Below are positions 49,301 through 61,954 of a stretch of DNA of 64,000 bases, piece after piece. The notes below the pieces were generated by a model. That model ran no database searches. It had not been told where the DNA came from and worked only from the letters and a program-made list of their open reading frames with translations. This DNA comes from Ruditapes philippinarum. Taxonomy: Eukaryota. Numbering within the stretch: position 1 is the first letter of the stretch; each line of letters starts with the position of its first letter. The stretch spans positions 124,001 through 188,000 of the forward strand of contig NW_026865278.1 in assembly GCF_026571515.1 (NCBI RefSeq), given 5' to 3'. The position numbers and the translations under genes were made by a program.

Positions 49301-52300
49301 TTACGTGGGTTATAAGTGTCATTGATAATGTGTTACTAATTGCTTCCTTTTGGTAATTACACAATATTATACATTCAAATACATTTCAGAATTTTCATGA
49401 AAATTAGCATGAATCTGGAGCGTGATGCTTTAAAGGTAAGAAATGGTATGATATACAGGTACGTCTAACAGTTGGTTACATTTTGTCGATTTGGTATGAC
49501 AAAAATCTACCTGAACCAGACTCTTGATTTAATCTACCCACAAAATAACTGTTTTGTGTTGTCATGCACGAAAATGAAGGTACATCTTTCAAACCAGGAA
49601 GAGTAAAGTAAATAATAAAAGGTATGACTTGTTTAATAAAAAATAAAAACAAGGAAAAACAACCAGTCAAGGTGAAGAGGAAAAATAACAACAACAACAA
49701 CAATAATTAAACGATAAGTGAAATCCTACTTTTTCTTTCATCAATAAAAAAACCCTCTTACTTAACAAAATGTATATTATGACGAAAACCCATGACATGG
49801 TATTAGTAAGATCACAAGAACTTCATATTTTGTCAATAAATAAGAATTAAAGTTAAATATGTACCCCTTACATAATAAATAAACACATTTCATCATATAG
49901 GAGGTTCATATTTAACTTAATTTCTTATTCATTGATAGAATATCAATCTCCTGTGGTATGATATAATAAATTATATCTGTACATTACTTTTTCTCCGGAT
50001 AATGCCTATGTACTATTGTGCATATGATCAGAGATAGGTCCAAGATATGTAACATTATTATATGATCTAAATATAGCTGCAATCTCATTGGTCTACAGAA
50101 CGTTTTATACAATCATATTCACTGGGTGTAGTATCATATTTCACTGGCTAAATTGGATTTCCTCAGTCTAAAAATATATTGAGACTCATATTCAATGACC
50201 TTATATCGTAGACTGTTAATTACGCGTGAATATCAAAAAAAATAATTGTTGCGTTTTGTTCTTTATGGTATATTTCTCGGTTAAAATATCATTACTTTAC
50301 TATTATAGTTAAACGTTACACCGCAATGATGAGTATAAACTTGAATTACTTTTGTATGCGCAACGTTAGCGTAGTTGTTGCACGCCTTCCACGTGCGTCT
50401 TTTTTCCGCGCTTCAACGAAACAGACTAAAGTTGTACATGTATAAGGTTGTACTTTCTGTGACTTTTTTAGCCTATCCATATAATAAAACATTTATTGAC
50501 TAGTGTGCCATTAAATATGATGTAATGTTCACCGGCAGAAAGTCATATTGACCTCGGCGATATGTCATCTACCGGTAAATATCACAGCATATTCAATGGC
50601 TCACTAGTCAATAATTGTATAATATCTAATGTTATTGCCCAGGTTAGAAAAATACACGATACACTTTTATCGGTTACTGAGTAACTCCTGATTACTTACA
50701 TTCCAGCATGATTCAAGAATGAATACCGTACACATGGCAACAAATTGTTTCATAATTACTAATCTATTACTTTAGAATCATTATTGTCAGTGGATTATTA
50801 TCTAGTTTTTTATCTTTAATCTTTCACCAAGCAGTTTCTTTTTTGTAACTTAATTTCGACAGACGTATGCTAGTTTTAAGAGAGTATAATTCAAAAAAGC
50901 CAAATCAGCAGCAACAAAAAACAAACAAACAAAAAACACTAATCAAAGTGGTTTTGAATCATCTCTACGTCTGTAGATATAGCGTCATATGTGGGTAAGT
51001 GGTTCGAGTCTGGTTCCTGCTCGAGACTGATGAAATGGACAACCCAATGGTCTCTTAACTTTTCCTTTTTCATGCTCGAAATGGGTACAAGAAAGCTTGA
51101 AAGTACTTTATGATCGACTCCCACGACGTATATACCCCCACGCCAAAACACGCAAAATGCATTAACCATTAAATTAGTTTGTTTATACTTGACTTTGATC
51201 AAACACATATAAAGGATTATTTTTGTCATGTTAGTAAACTTAAGTGTTAAATTAGATGTTTTTTATCGTTCAGGCCAATGCATTTAAATTCAAATTAACA
51301 ATACATTAAGTATGCAAAAATTAAAACCATCAGCATCGTTAAACATTAAAACTGCCTCGCAGCGTGAGAAAGAGCATATCATTACAAAACTCCATTACTT
51401 AACTACGCTGATCAAACATACGTTATTTGTAATCGATCTTTTTACAAGTTTGAATTTAAAAGGTAGATTTAATGATGAAACCACACTTGTGGTTTATTTA
51501 TGAAAATTTCATTTACGCCTTTATTAAAGTGGGAACATAAATTTGTACATGCTAGACGATGATTCACAGATTTAATGTACATAACGGTGAATGATTTCAT
51601 TAAATAGTTTATACTGAAACTACTGTTGCCTAGTACAAAATTGTACGTGAATCAATACAACACCGATACTTGTATACAGGCCAGTAAATATCAGCAAAAA
51701 ATTCATTTGTAGATGGCGGCGATTTGTTCTTCTTCTGACCTTTAAGTACTTGAAAGTGCCTGACAATTGAAACGCTAAAACAATAATTCTGTTTTCTGCC
51801 CGTTATGTTTTGTTTCTTTTGGCAGTTTACAGAAATCTGGACAGACATAATTATACTGTAAGTGTAGTAAGCTTGTCAAAATCTTCATTTAAATGATATA
51901 ATCTACTTGAATAAAGTATGTAGGTGTTTACAACTGATATCGTTTAATTAACTGTCACCTTTGGTCCTGCCGGTAACAGTTTATTTTGTCAAACTGTATG
52001 AGGGGTAGGTTTTTACTGATGGGTAGATTTGAACATGAAATTCCTCTAGAAAATACAAGTGCGGGGTGAGATAGAAAGTTTTGCCTCGTATTACCAGTAT
52101 TTACAAAACAAAACAATAAAAAATGAAAAAATAACATCAGCTAAGACAAACTAAAATGGCATTATTTTACAAATGAGCGTAAACACCCGAGTTTCTCGTA
52201 ATAATTCTAAAGACATATGAAGTAACATAAATATTACTAAAGCACAGCATCGACTTCTTAAATTTTTTATATAGTTCAATACGTAAACAATGAAATACAC

Positions 52301-53430
52301 ATGTTGATTTAATAAACAAATTTGACTGGACTATTTGTTAATAACATACCTGAGGCAAATCTTCGACCAAATATGTTATCCTTCCGTCCTTTTATTTGTA
52401 AGAGACAGTCCAGTCCCGTCTGGGAGTTGACAACTTCACGTATACACATTATACATTCCATCTTCAAAACCATGTCCGTCAAATGGAAGCCCTGAATAGC
52501 ACTGAGATCCTTTAAGCACTGAAAGAGCAGACCAAGTCCGTCAAACTCTAAAAACTCCTTCATCCAATCTTTGTCATTTGTCTTTACAGCTCTTCGGAGT
52601 TTAGCCAGATTTTGTAGCGTCGGATTTCTAATCCATTGTAAGAAATTTATCGCGTCGCCTAGAGAAGGGTCATTTTGAAAACCTTCGTCTTCTGAAGAAT
52701 TGGCAGCCATTTCTAGTGCCAGCATATATCCATCCGATCTATGGCGTTTGGCGCGTTTCTGTTTCCGCATAGCAAATCTGGTTGGTTTTCCATCATTTTT
52801 AGCCCCTAATTTAGGTGAATCACATGTAAATCCTTTATCCATTACTTCTGAATCTTGTTTGACTGTTTCTTTTTCTTGTTTAACTTTTTCTATTTCTGGT
52901 TTGACCGTTTCGGTCTTTTTCTTAACGGTGTCTTTGCTAATTTTGCTTGCATCGATCGTGTCGTTAACTTTATTCTTCCCGTAACTGTTTACACCTGTCG
53001 TTGATTCATTTGACTGCATGCATGTTCTGATAGGACTAGGATTGCTCGCTGTCCTTGAATTTACACCTATATTTCCCAGGCATGCTTTACTTGTGTATTT
53101 TACATCCTTGTTATTTGAATCTATCGGCGATTGTTCTGGTTTGGCATTCACTCGTTGTGTCATCTTTGGAGACTGCTCTTTGGGCTCTTTGGGTTCTTTT
53201 TTCTCACTACTTTGGAATGTATCCTTTTTAGCATTTAAACGTCCAAATTTCGGTGTCGTGCTACCCGCGTTAGATACCGTTCCAGACGGTGAAGACTCCT
53301 TCTGTACACCCCATCGTGAAGATATCGAACTCGTGTCCTTTTTTGGCATTTTGTCGGCTCCGTTGAAAGAATCTTTCTTCACATCGCCGTTCATAAACGC
53401 TTTTGTCATCATCTGTACCCTGGAAGCCAT
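35694..53430 (-). CDS. INF2: Inverted formin-2-like formin (GBD/FH3-DID, FH1, FH2, C-terminal WH2/DAD), about 1159 aa if one frameshift is corrected, 13 coding exons
   Basis: Exons 53430-52350, 45259-45144, 44052-43893, 42499-42321, 41415-41336, 41050-40501, 40315-40146, 39604-39440, 38012-37755, 37461-37280, 36896-36776, 36433-36187, 35863-35694. DID motifs [11 protein letters not shown] and [12 protein letters not shown]; poly-Pro FH1; FH2 motifs [34 protein letters not shown]; C-terminal [17 protein letters not shown] resembling the INF2 DAD/WH2. Frameshift near 40626-40630. Confidence 0.88.
38827..39190. mobile_element. About 360 bp TTAA-flanked TIR element (Kolobok-like MITE), copy 1 of 3
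   Basis: Left end TTAAAGGCCCATTGTGCACCAGAAA and right end TTTCTGAGACATAATGTGCCTTTGAA. The body is similar to 48437-48788 and 55552-55860. Confidence 0.6.
42692..42769. repeat. (TAT)n microsatellite
   Basis: Read directly; explains the poly-Tyr ORF 42658..43014. Confidence 0.95.
45507..45742. mobile_element. MITE family B, full-length (about 236 bp), almost entirely palindromic, TA-flanked
   Basis: TIRs TGAGCCGTGTCACGACAAAACCAAC and GTTGGTTTTTTCGTGACACGGCTCA. Internal arms GCATGGATCCAGACCAGCCTG and CAGGCTGGTCTGGATCCATGC. Confidence 0.9.
46305..46392. repeat. Compound (AG)n/(AGAC)n microsatellite followed by poly-G
   Basis: Read directly. Confidence 0.95.
48437..48788. mobile_element. TTAA-flanked TIR element (Kolobok-like MITE), copy 2
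   Basis: TTAAAGGTCCATTATGCCTCAG ... TGAGGCATTTTGTGCCTTAA. Confidence 0.6.
50493..50614. mobile_element. Imperfect hairpin element with about 45 bp arms
   Basis: ATTGACTAGTGTGCCATTAAATATGATGTAATGTTCACCGGCAGA pairs with TCTACCGGTAAATATCACAGCATATTCAATGGCTCACTAGTCAAT. Confidence 0.75.
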
Positions 53431-55551
53431 GATTATTGTCGTCTTGAAACAGAATTATTTAGTCTATATCATCCAGTTGATATGTCGCTTATGTACAGAA
53501 GTTATTTTAACTACATCCGATTGTAGGCATCCCTTAATAGTCCACTTATAACTGACATTTCGCACCAAACAATGCCTTAACTGTTTAAATCTTCTCCCCT
53601 CCTGTATAAAATGTATGAGTAAATATGTATTACTAAGTGTTTTGCCGAAAATGTAATAAAATACTGCATTAAAGAACAAAAGCCTATCGTGTTATGGTCA
53701 TATTGTACTAATTTGCTATATAAAAAGGGAACAATTCATTTTACTTCAATAACAATAAATCACTTTCAAAATTAAACTAGCTCAACCGAGAAATTGTTTT
53801 GACCTCAATCATCACAAAAAAACCGGTCAGTATGTGAATAACGTTATAAATGATTAACAAAAACAACAACAAAAACACAGTACACATATCTAAATAATAT
53901 ATATCCTGTGCCTGTTTTTGTCTGAATCTACAAAAATCAGCGTTAGATAATATATATGTTAATACGGGTTATGCAAACATTGCAAATTAAACGATGAATT
54001 AAACAATTATACGCTATGTAATCGTAGTTACGGTTCAGGTGTCGGTCTCGATTTTATTAGCGTCTAATTTTACTAAATAAAGTAGATGGCAACAAATTAA
54101 CTAAACACGCTACCACAATTTGTCTCTTTTCTGTCATTTCATCAGGTTTAAAATGAAATTTAAAAGAAAGGATAATGTGTTAAGGTTTACTACTAGTAGT
54201 TTATATATCTTTTGGTTTGTCGCGTATGATGAAATACGTGTAATTAAGTCAACGCTTTATACCACTGAAACAATTGTAGTGAATCAGCTGTTTCATTGAT
54301 TTTTTATTACCCCCCTTGATAAACTGTAGCGAGCGTTACCCAATTCACGATATTCAAGAAACTTATCAGAAGTATTTATTTACCTATATGATTCTAAATT
54401 AATTTGTCAAAAATAATGAAATTAAATAATTTCACAATGTTTCAATCTTCATTTAATTAATACTATTCTAATATTATGCCTCTAGTTTCTATATGAAATG
54501 CGATAAAACAGCAAAAACGTGCCTTTTTCTTTCCTCTTTAAAATTCTTAATTAACATTCAAATCATATTTTTTATGTACATTAATTATATATTTATCAAA
54601 ATGAAAATGACCTCATGATGTTTAATTAAGAAGACATGCGCAGTAAAGTTTTATCATTGCCACTTCCCTGTAATCACTTATAAAAACCGAACAATTCAAA
54701 TGTAATTTATCAATTTAAGTCAAACATCGATGTAGTCTAATTGAGATATTCCTATAACGTTATCCTCGTCAACCACATAACACATGTATATAAATTAGCA
54801 AATTTTGTTTCAATTAAACTGATCTCACTTAAGAAGAACTGTTTTGTTTATTTTGTTTACATCTCAAGATTCCCTTCCTGTACATGTCTTTCCTTTTATG
54901 TATTTTTTTTTAATAAGTCCTGTACTTTTTCCAATAATCTAATTAAAAATCTTCACAATTTTTCATTTGAAATATATTCCTACGAAACCATTCATTATAA
55001 AAAAATACGTAAAATACTGTGGAATATAAAAGCAGACAAAAATACCCAGAAAATTCTTACACGTTTTCGCTCTTCATTCCAACGCAAAATGTAATTCCGA
55101 TCTATTTTACATTCCTAAATTTTGTATATGTGATGTATTAGTCAGCCTCACATACGGTAAAATATTCCGACAGGTAAGCAAAGTGCAATAAAAACACATT
55201 TAGCTTCTACTGTATACTGTATAGCATCAGATCACTTCTCAGATACTTATCATTCTTATCAAATTATCTTGGTCTTGAGAGATTTCAGCTCAACGACCTG
55301 TCAGACTGTAAATAAGATTACAAGAAAACACGGAAATGAAAACAAACATTTTTTTGAATAGCAATCGATTAATGTGGGCGGTGATATTGAAACTCTTCAA
55401 AACCATTCCTTTCTCCCTTTGTTTTTTTATTTCAATTTTAACATGTAAATGCCCACTATCTATATATTTGTCTAGGGTGTATTGCGTGTATGATTTAAAT
55501 GTTGTGTAAGTGTGTAAATGTAATTGTTATGTGTTTAGCAGAAGTAGTACT

Positions 55552-55860
55552 TTAAAGGCCCATTAGGCCTCAGAAATGCTATCAATTTTTATTTCTCAAA
55601 AACTTTTTATATTTGGTATCTTGTTACAGTTTCCAAAAACATATTCATTTGCTATATACATGAACTATCTTTTGCATCTTTAATTTTGTTGGCAATTTGT
55701 ATAATTATAGTGAATAAGTATCTTGTATGGAAGTCAAAATATTGCTTTGTTTACATTTTGTTACCTTAACCACACATAACTACATGTTCCGCGCTACTTT
55801 TTTTTCCAGTTGTAAAACATCTAACATGCTCTTAATCCATTTATTTAAACATTCTGAAAC
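55552..55860. mobile_element. TTAA-flanked element, copy 3 (right end not found)
   Basis: TTAAAGGCCCATTAGGCCTCAGAAATG, with a body colinear with copies 1 and 2 (TTTGGTATCTTGT, ATGAACTATCTTT, ATCTAACATGCTCT). Confidence 0.6.
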
Positions 55861-57725
55861 ACGTGAATAAAAAATGGATTTCGGACGCATATTCAAATAA
55901 ACATTTAAAAGTAGGAAATACAATGCACCATTTTTTTCTCAGTTATTTTCCTGGTTAAAGTATTAAAATTTCTGTTTTAAGATTTGCAAAATCCGGAGAA
56001 AGAAACAAGAGTATACAGACTGATATCAACTTTATTGAACCTTTAATAAAAATATATCAGGCTGGTTTCTATACTATAACTATAAGTTCATGTTTTATTG
56101 CATCTTATAACTTGAATGACCATAAAGGCTATGAGACAGGTTTATATACATTTTGTATTTAAAATAAAACATAATTAATAATCTATAGATTCATACCACT
56201 TATGTATTATGTACAATATATCTGTTATACGACGTCACATCATTAATTTGTATAGTATTAATTTGTATAGTATTTATTTGTATAGTATTCATTTTGCTAT
56301 ATAAATACAGGATTTATTTTAGTATATTTTAGTATGAAATGTGATAATTTTCACATCACATTCAACAAAACGTTCTTCTCAAGTGAGACCATATACCATA
56401 TACTTTTTTCCTTTTTTTATCTGACAATTCAGGAGACTTCTAATTGGCTGAATTAAGAAGCAAGACACTAGTGAAAATACGAAAAATATGTTCCACTGCA
56501 GTGTAAAATATATTTGTTTTTGAAAATATGGAAAATGAAAATACGTATTTCATTTCAACAACATTACATTTATAAGTTTGCTATATTACACAATATGTAA
56601 ATAACGTCAATCCTGTACGTAAAGGCCAACTGTTGATAAGTTAATGCGCAGTATCCAAAATAACAAATACAACTTAGAAAACTGCATATATCCAGTTCGT
56701 TAGTTGATATTTTAGTAAAGGTCCAACCACCTTCATGGACAGCGTATACATGTAAAGTCATATAATATAGTGATATAATATAGTCATATAAGCTTTAATG
56801 CAGAAGACCCTTATTTAATAGAATAATCCTTATAATATTTTAAACCTTTTAAACCTTTAAAAGAAACCTTTTACATTTCCCCATTCCGACAATTTTTTCT
56901 TTATATTTCATCACAAATTTTACGATTGCATTTTCGCTTAAATTCCCTTTTTTATTATTAAAATACTAGCACATATACATGTATTTGCAAGAAACATATG
57001 TTTTGTGGTGAATATTGTTCAAAGACTTTCATTTTCTATGAGAAGTTATATTACATCTCAAGTTAAATATTAATACCTACCTATGAGATCACGGCTACAT
57101 GTATCTCGAGTATTTGCTTCCGTGTTTTATATAGATGTATAACGTACATAATTGATAAAATCTGTATGCACGTTGCTTTGAAAATATTTACCTGTATTAT
57201 GTAAGATGTACAGTATTAATTTGTAGGTTAAATAAAGAAATTAATAAATTATAAACAAATTATAGTAAATAGCATTGTATGTAGGTCTGCCCGTCTGCCT
57301 GTCTGTCTGTTTGAAGACATAATAATCAATCCTGGAGACGTGAGAAATACAAAAATGTACATCTTATTTGACGGAAATCTTTTTGTTTTTACGTCAGGTA
57401 TTTTCTCCGTTAAAAAAATCAACATTATCGTCTTGAATATTTAACAGCAAAAATATTTTAACCTTCAAGGTCATTTTTGACTGAAGGACAAGGTATTTCT
57501 GCTTAACTTGAAGGTCTTTCCTAAAAGATTGTTGAGTACAAGTTTGAAGACAATCCATAAAAAATAACTAAATTTTAGCTACTTTTAGCAAAAATCAAAC
57601 AAAATTCAGCCAGTTGACATTGAAGGTCGAGGTCATTTATTAATGTCATGGTTAGACTGGTGTACTTGAAGGCCTTGTCTCAAGGGTTGTTGTGGCCAGG
57701 TATGAAGACAATAACCAAGAAATAA

Positions 57726-58948
57726 AACAAGGGGGGCATTGTCGAAAAATACGCCCGTCACAAAAGCTTTTGACAGAGATGTGGGCATTAACCCTCACCC
57801 CCACGATGAATGTAGAAGTTTGGCTCCGAAAAAGCATTTTTCAATGACCAATAAGTGTGACCTTAATCTTTAACCAACAGACCTGGTTCATGCACTTGAC
57901 ACTGCTTCTCAAAGTAGTACTTATTTTTATGAAGTTTCATAGAATCCCACCATGTGTGAGGGGAGATATGCTCTGGACAAAATATCTATATTTTATCATC
58001 TTTAGTAACCTTGACCTTGCACACAGTAACATAAATTACATGTTTCACACCAGTGGTTTTGATAATGACCATTTCTTTTTCAATCCCCCAATAAATGATT
58101 ACTTAATGGTCCGAATACACAGTTTCATAATTTTACCTGAACTTTGACCCCTATGTGTGACCTTGACCTTTGCCACAGGAACCTAAGTTTTGCTCGCGAC
58201 AATCCGACTCAGAATGGTGAACATTAGTGCCAAGTTATATTGAAATCCCTCTATGAATGTAGAAGTTTTACTCCGGACAAGCGTTTTTCAATGACATCTA
58301 AGTGTGGCCTTGACCTTTGACCTAGAGATCTTGTTCATGCACATGACACTGCTTCTAATAGTGGTGTACATTTCTATAAAGTTTCATTAGAATCCTTCCA
58401 TATGTGTATGAGATATGCTCTGGACAAAATCTCTATGTTATATCATCTTAAGTGACTAGCGTCTTTAGTGACCTTGACCTTGCATTAACCTAATTACAGT
58501 TTTCACACCAGTAATCAAGAAAATGACAATTTGTGTTTCAATCCCTCAATGAATGATAACTAAATGGTCCGAATACACATTTTCATATTTTTATCTGAAC
58601 TTTGACCCTATGTGTGACCTTGACCACAGAGTACTAAATTTTGCACGCGACACTCCGCCTCACAATGGTGAACATTTGTGCCAAGTTATAATGAAATCCC
58701 TCTATGCATGTAGAAGTTTTGTTCCGGACAAGCGTTTTTCAATGACCCCTAAGTATGGCCTTGACCTTTGACCTGGTTCATGCGCGTGACACGGCCACTT
58801 GTAGTGGTGAAAATTTCTATGAAGTTATATCAAAATTCCTTTATGCATGTACATGTAGGAAAGATGCTCTGGACAAAAATTGGACGCTGCCCGCCCTCCA
58901 GGGGCCAGGGGGAAAACTAAGACGACCCATTTTTTAAACGGGCGTATA
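57726..58948 (+). mobile_element. Helentron/HINE-like non-autonomous element with an internal tandem repeat of about 450 bp (about 2.5 units)
   Basis: Starts AACAAG. Subterminal inverted repeat ATACGCCCGT (57749) / ACGGGCGTAT (58938). Unit anchors ATG(A/C)ATGTAGAAGTTT at 57806, 58253 and 58704. Many TGACCTTGACC motifs. Confidence 0.75.
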
Positions 58949-58949
58949 G

Positions 58950-59117
58950 TGGCCACTTGGGTTCAAACCCTGTCAGGGGCAAGCCGTTGTTTCCTTGAGC
59001 AAGAAACTTTACATTTACTGCTTAGTACTGGTTGGTTCCAGGAACGGATTCCAGTGTTTCAATAAGCTTATAGCTTCCAATACAAACTTAAATAAATTTG
59101 TATAAACTAATCTAAAT
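58950..59117 (+). mobile_element. tRNA-derived SINE (5'-truncated)
   Basis: B-box GGTTCAAACCC, CCTTGAGCAAG, the core AGTACTGGTTGGTTCCAGGAA and an (ACTAA)-like tail. Confidence 0.7.
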
Positions 59118-59356
59118 GGGAGTATGGAAAAATAATAATCAATGATAAAAGTTTACGATAGGCAATGACACTGTGTGAGGAAAAAGTTTTAAAAAAAAGT
59201 CAAATTAAAAATGCTCGAGAGGAAATAAGACTAGTTCTGTTCTGTCAAACAAACGAATACATGTACATACATTCCATTTTAGTGGAATAGCATAGACACA
59301 AGGTTAAATGTTACTGTTTTCATATGTGTCAAACAAAAAAGTTTGAGTAAGCAGAC

Positions 59357-60410
59357 ATGCCCGAGTGGTTAATGCTTTGGGCTAGTTTTCAAGGATCTTT
59401 AGCTGTGTGGGTTCAAACCCCATCAGGGGCAAGCCGTTAAGAAAATGGGTCAAAGACAGAAAAGGCCGGGTTGCATTTGTACACCAAATATCATGAGGCT
59501 GTGATGTTACGAAAAAAAATTACCATTGACCCATTAATGTCGAAAATTTAATTGAGTGGGTAAACAGGAAGTGGATGAGCTACACACCTAAAATCGAATC
59601 ACACGGTATGGGACCATGTGTTACTGCTGTATGACAAATATCAAGAGGCTGTGATAAGTAGTTGCTGAGAAAACTGTTACGAAAATTCCCTACCATTGAC
59701 CATTAATGTCGAAAAATTTAACTAATTTAACTAAGTGAATAAACAGGAAATGGATGAGCGACAGACCTGAAATCTGATCCCACGGTATGGGACCATGTGT
59801 CAATACTGTATGCCAAATATCAAGAGGCTGTGATAAGTAGTTGCTGAGAAAACTGTTACGAAAATTTCCTACCATTGACCATTAATGTCGAAAAAATTTA
59901 ACTAATTTAACTAAGTGAATAAACAGGAAGTGGATGAGCGACAGACCTGAAATCTAATCCCACGGTATGGGACCATGTGTCAATACTGTATGCCAAATAT
60001 CAAGAGGCTGTGATCAGTAGTTGCTGAGAAAACTGTTACGAAAATTTCCTACCAGTTACCATTAATGTCGAAAAATTTAACTAATTTAACTAAGTGGATA
60101 AACAAGAAGTGTATGAGCGACAGACCTGAAATCAAATCCCACGGTATGGGACCATGTGTCAATGCTGTATGCAAAATATCAAGAGGCTGTGATAAGTAGT
60201 TGCTGAGAAAACTGTTACGAAAATATTTTCCCCGCCCGCCGCCCGACATTCACCTTACTATAACCCGGATTTGCACCAGTGCAACCCGGCCAAAAATTAA
60301 CACTCATTGCTCAATACTGGTTGGTTCAAGGAATAGATTTGAAAGTGTATCTATAAGCTTTAAGCTTCCTATACAATCTGAATTTTAAAAATTCTATAAC
60401 TGAACTAACA
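59357..60410 (+). mobile_element. SINE split by a nested HINE-like element (about 59445-60296)
   Basis: The tRNA-like head at 59357-59437 (CCGAGTGGTTAA, GGTTCAAACCCC, CAGGGGCAAGCCGT) and the body at 60297-60410 (ATACTGGTTGGTTCAAGGAA, ATAAGCTT) together match the contiguous copy at 58950-59117. Confidence 0.7.
59485..60227. repeat. About 180 bp tandem satellite, about 4 copies, inside an element bounded by GGCCGGGTTGCA (59464) and TGCAACCCGGCC (60280)
   Basis: Unit anchor ACCATTGACCATTAATGTCGAAAA at about 59522, 59692, 59871 and 60051. ORFs 59690 and 60049 are near-identical translations of the unit. Confidence 0.92.
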
Positions 60411-60846
60411 GCTACAATATTATCATAAAGAAAAAAACATTGTTTGATGTTATAAAGATTTATTTGAAAATATCACAGAAAAAAACAAACATAATCCCAT
60501 AAACACAATTGTAGTTTAGCTGTGGTGGTATTGAAAGAACCTTGATCTTACAGTCATAACTTTAGGGCATTAATAGTATTTCATGGGAAAGCGCATAAAT
60601 GAAACTTTATACAGCTCGGGTAATTATTGAAAATAGCACATAAAACAACATGCACAGCATAATCTTTATATCTAAAACAAACATCTAAACATAACTGTTA
60701 ACTTTAGACATGAATTTATAAGCACAATTATCATTACAAAAAAACTTTTTGCAAAATAAATTTCTGCAAATTTCCTTATTTAGACAGCATTAGCATATGA
60801 TGACAATATAAATTGTTTTAGCTGTCACAATTTTTAATAAATGTCT

Positions 60847-61585
60847 AACAAGACCTGTCAAATGCCAGCCCCCACTCCTTCCCCATGCAGAGCAAACTTA
60901 AAGGGCCATGACTTTTGACTATAAACAAATGCATGGCTACTATAAAGGGAAGTTACAAGAATACCCAGAGTGACCTTGACCTTTGAGATATAGATCGTCA
61001 TTACCATGTACTTTATGTACTATATCCATCAGGAATGAGATAATTGTTAACTGGGTGCGGCCATAAGTGCACTTTTATGAATAAAAATCATATCAGGACT
61101 TTCAAAATGAAAGTGTGACTTTGAGATTTGAGCTTGAGACTTAAATTCTTGTGTGCAACAAGTCTTAATCTTGTCAAACACACTTCAACCAAGTTACTTT
61201 AAATTCCATCTAGGAATGATAGACATGTAATTGTTGACCGGACACCTTCATCAGTGAATTTTAATAAAAATCCCTGTCATGACTTTCAATGTGACCTTGA
61301 CCTTTGAACTACAGACCTAATTATTGTTGACCGGACACAAACATAAATGCACTTTTATGAAAATTTTCCTCTGAGGTCAATGTGTGACCTTTACCTTTAA
61401 GAAACAGACCTTGGTCTTGCATGCAACACATTGTCTCAATGTGCTTCACATTTATGCAAAATCATTTTAAAATCCATCCATAATTTCAATCACAAAGTTA
61501 TGGATCAGTCACGAAGTGTGGATGGACAAAAGGGAGAAAAAAAGAAGGACAGACCAATTCTGCAAAAACTATATGCCTTCTTAAA
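60847..61585 (+). mobile_element. Degenerate HINE-like element
   Basis: AACAAG start, repeated GTGACCTTGACCTTTGA and TTGTTGACCGGACAC, a GGAC-rich end and ACTATATGCC. Confidence 0.5.
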
Positions 61586-61954
61586 TATAAAAATTCTTTC
61601 ATTTTTTTTTAAAATCATCAATATCTAGTTTGATTAAAAAGTTATCTAAATTAACATCAATTAATGAGTGAACTTAACAAATAAAAACTAAAGACTTGGC
61701 TTGAACTTAAGCTCTATAAATTTATAGCGCAAAATACATAAATTACACATAGTGCTTTAACCTGTTTGTTCTTCATTTCTACAAAAAACTTAAACTGATA
61801 TACATGTACTTATTTGCTGTAACATTCATGAAAAGATATAGTGTCCTTTAAAAGTACTGCTTAGTGAAAATGTCACATAATTTCACAATTTGTAAAATAT
61901 TGAAATGTTTCTGTAACAACATTAACTTATGCCAAAACAAAAATGTATCTTCTT

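Noticed and set aside
52700-53551. Long plus-strand ORFs (94 and 177 aa)
   Set aside because: Antisense to formin exon 1, with no independent evidence.
59690-60249. Two near-identical 61-66 aa ORFs suggesting a peptide gene array
   Set aside because: They are translations of the 180 bp satellite; indels between units break the frame.
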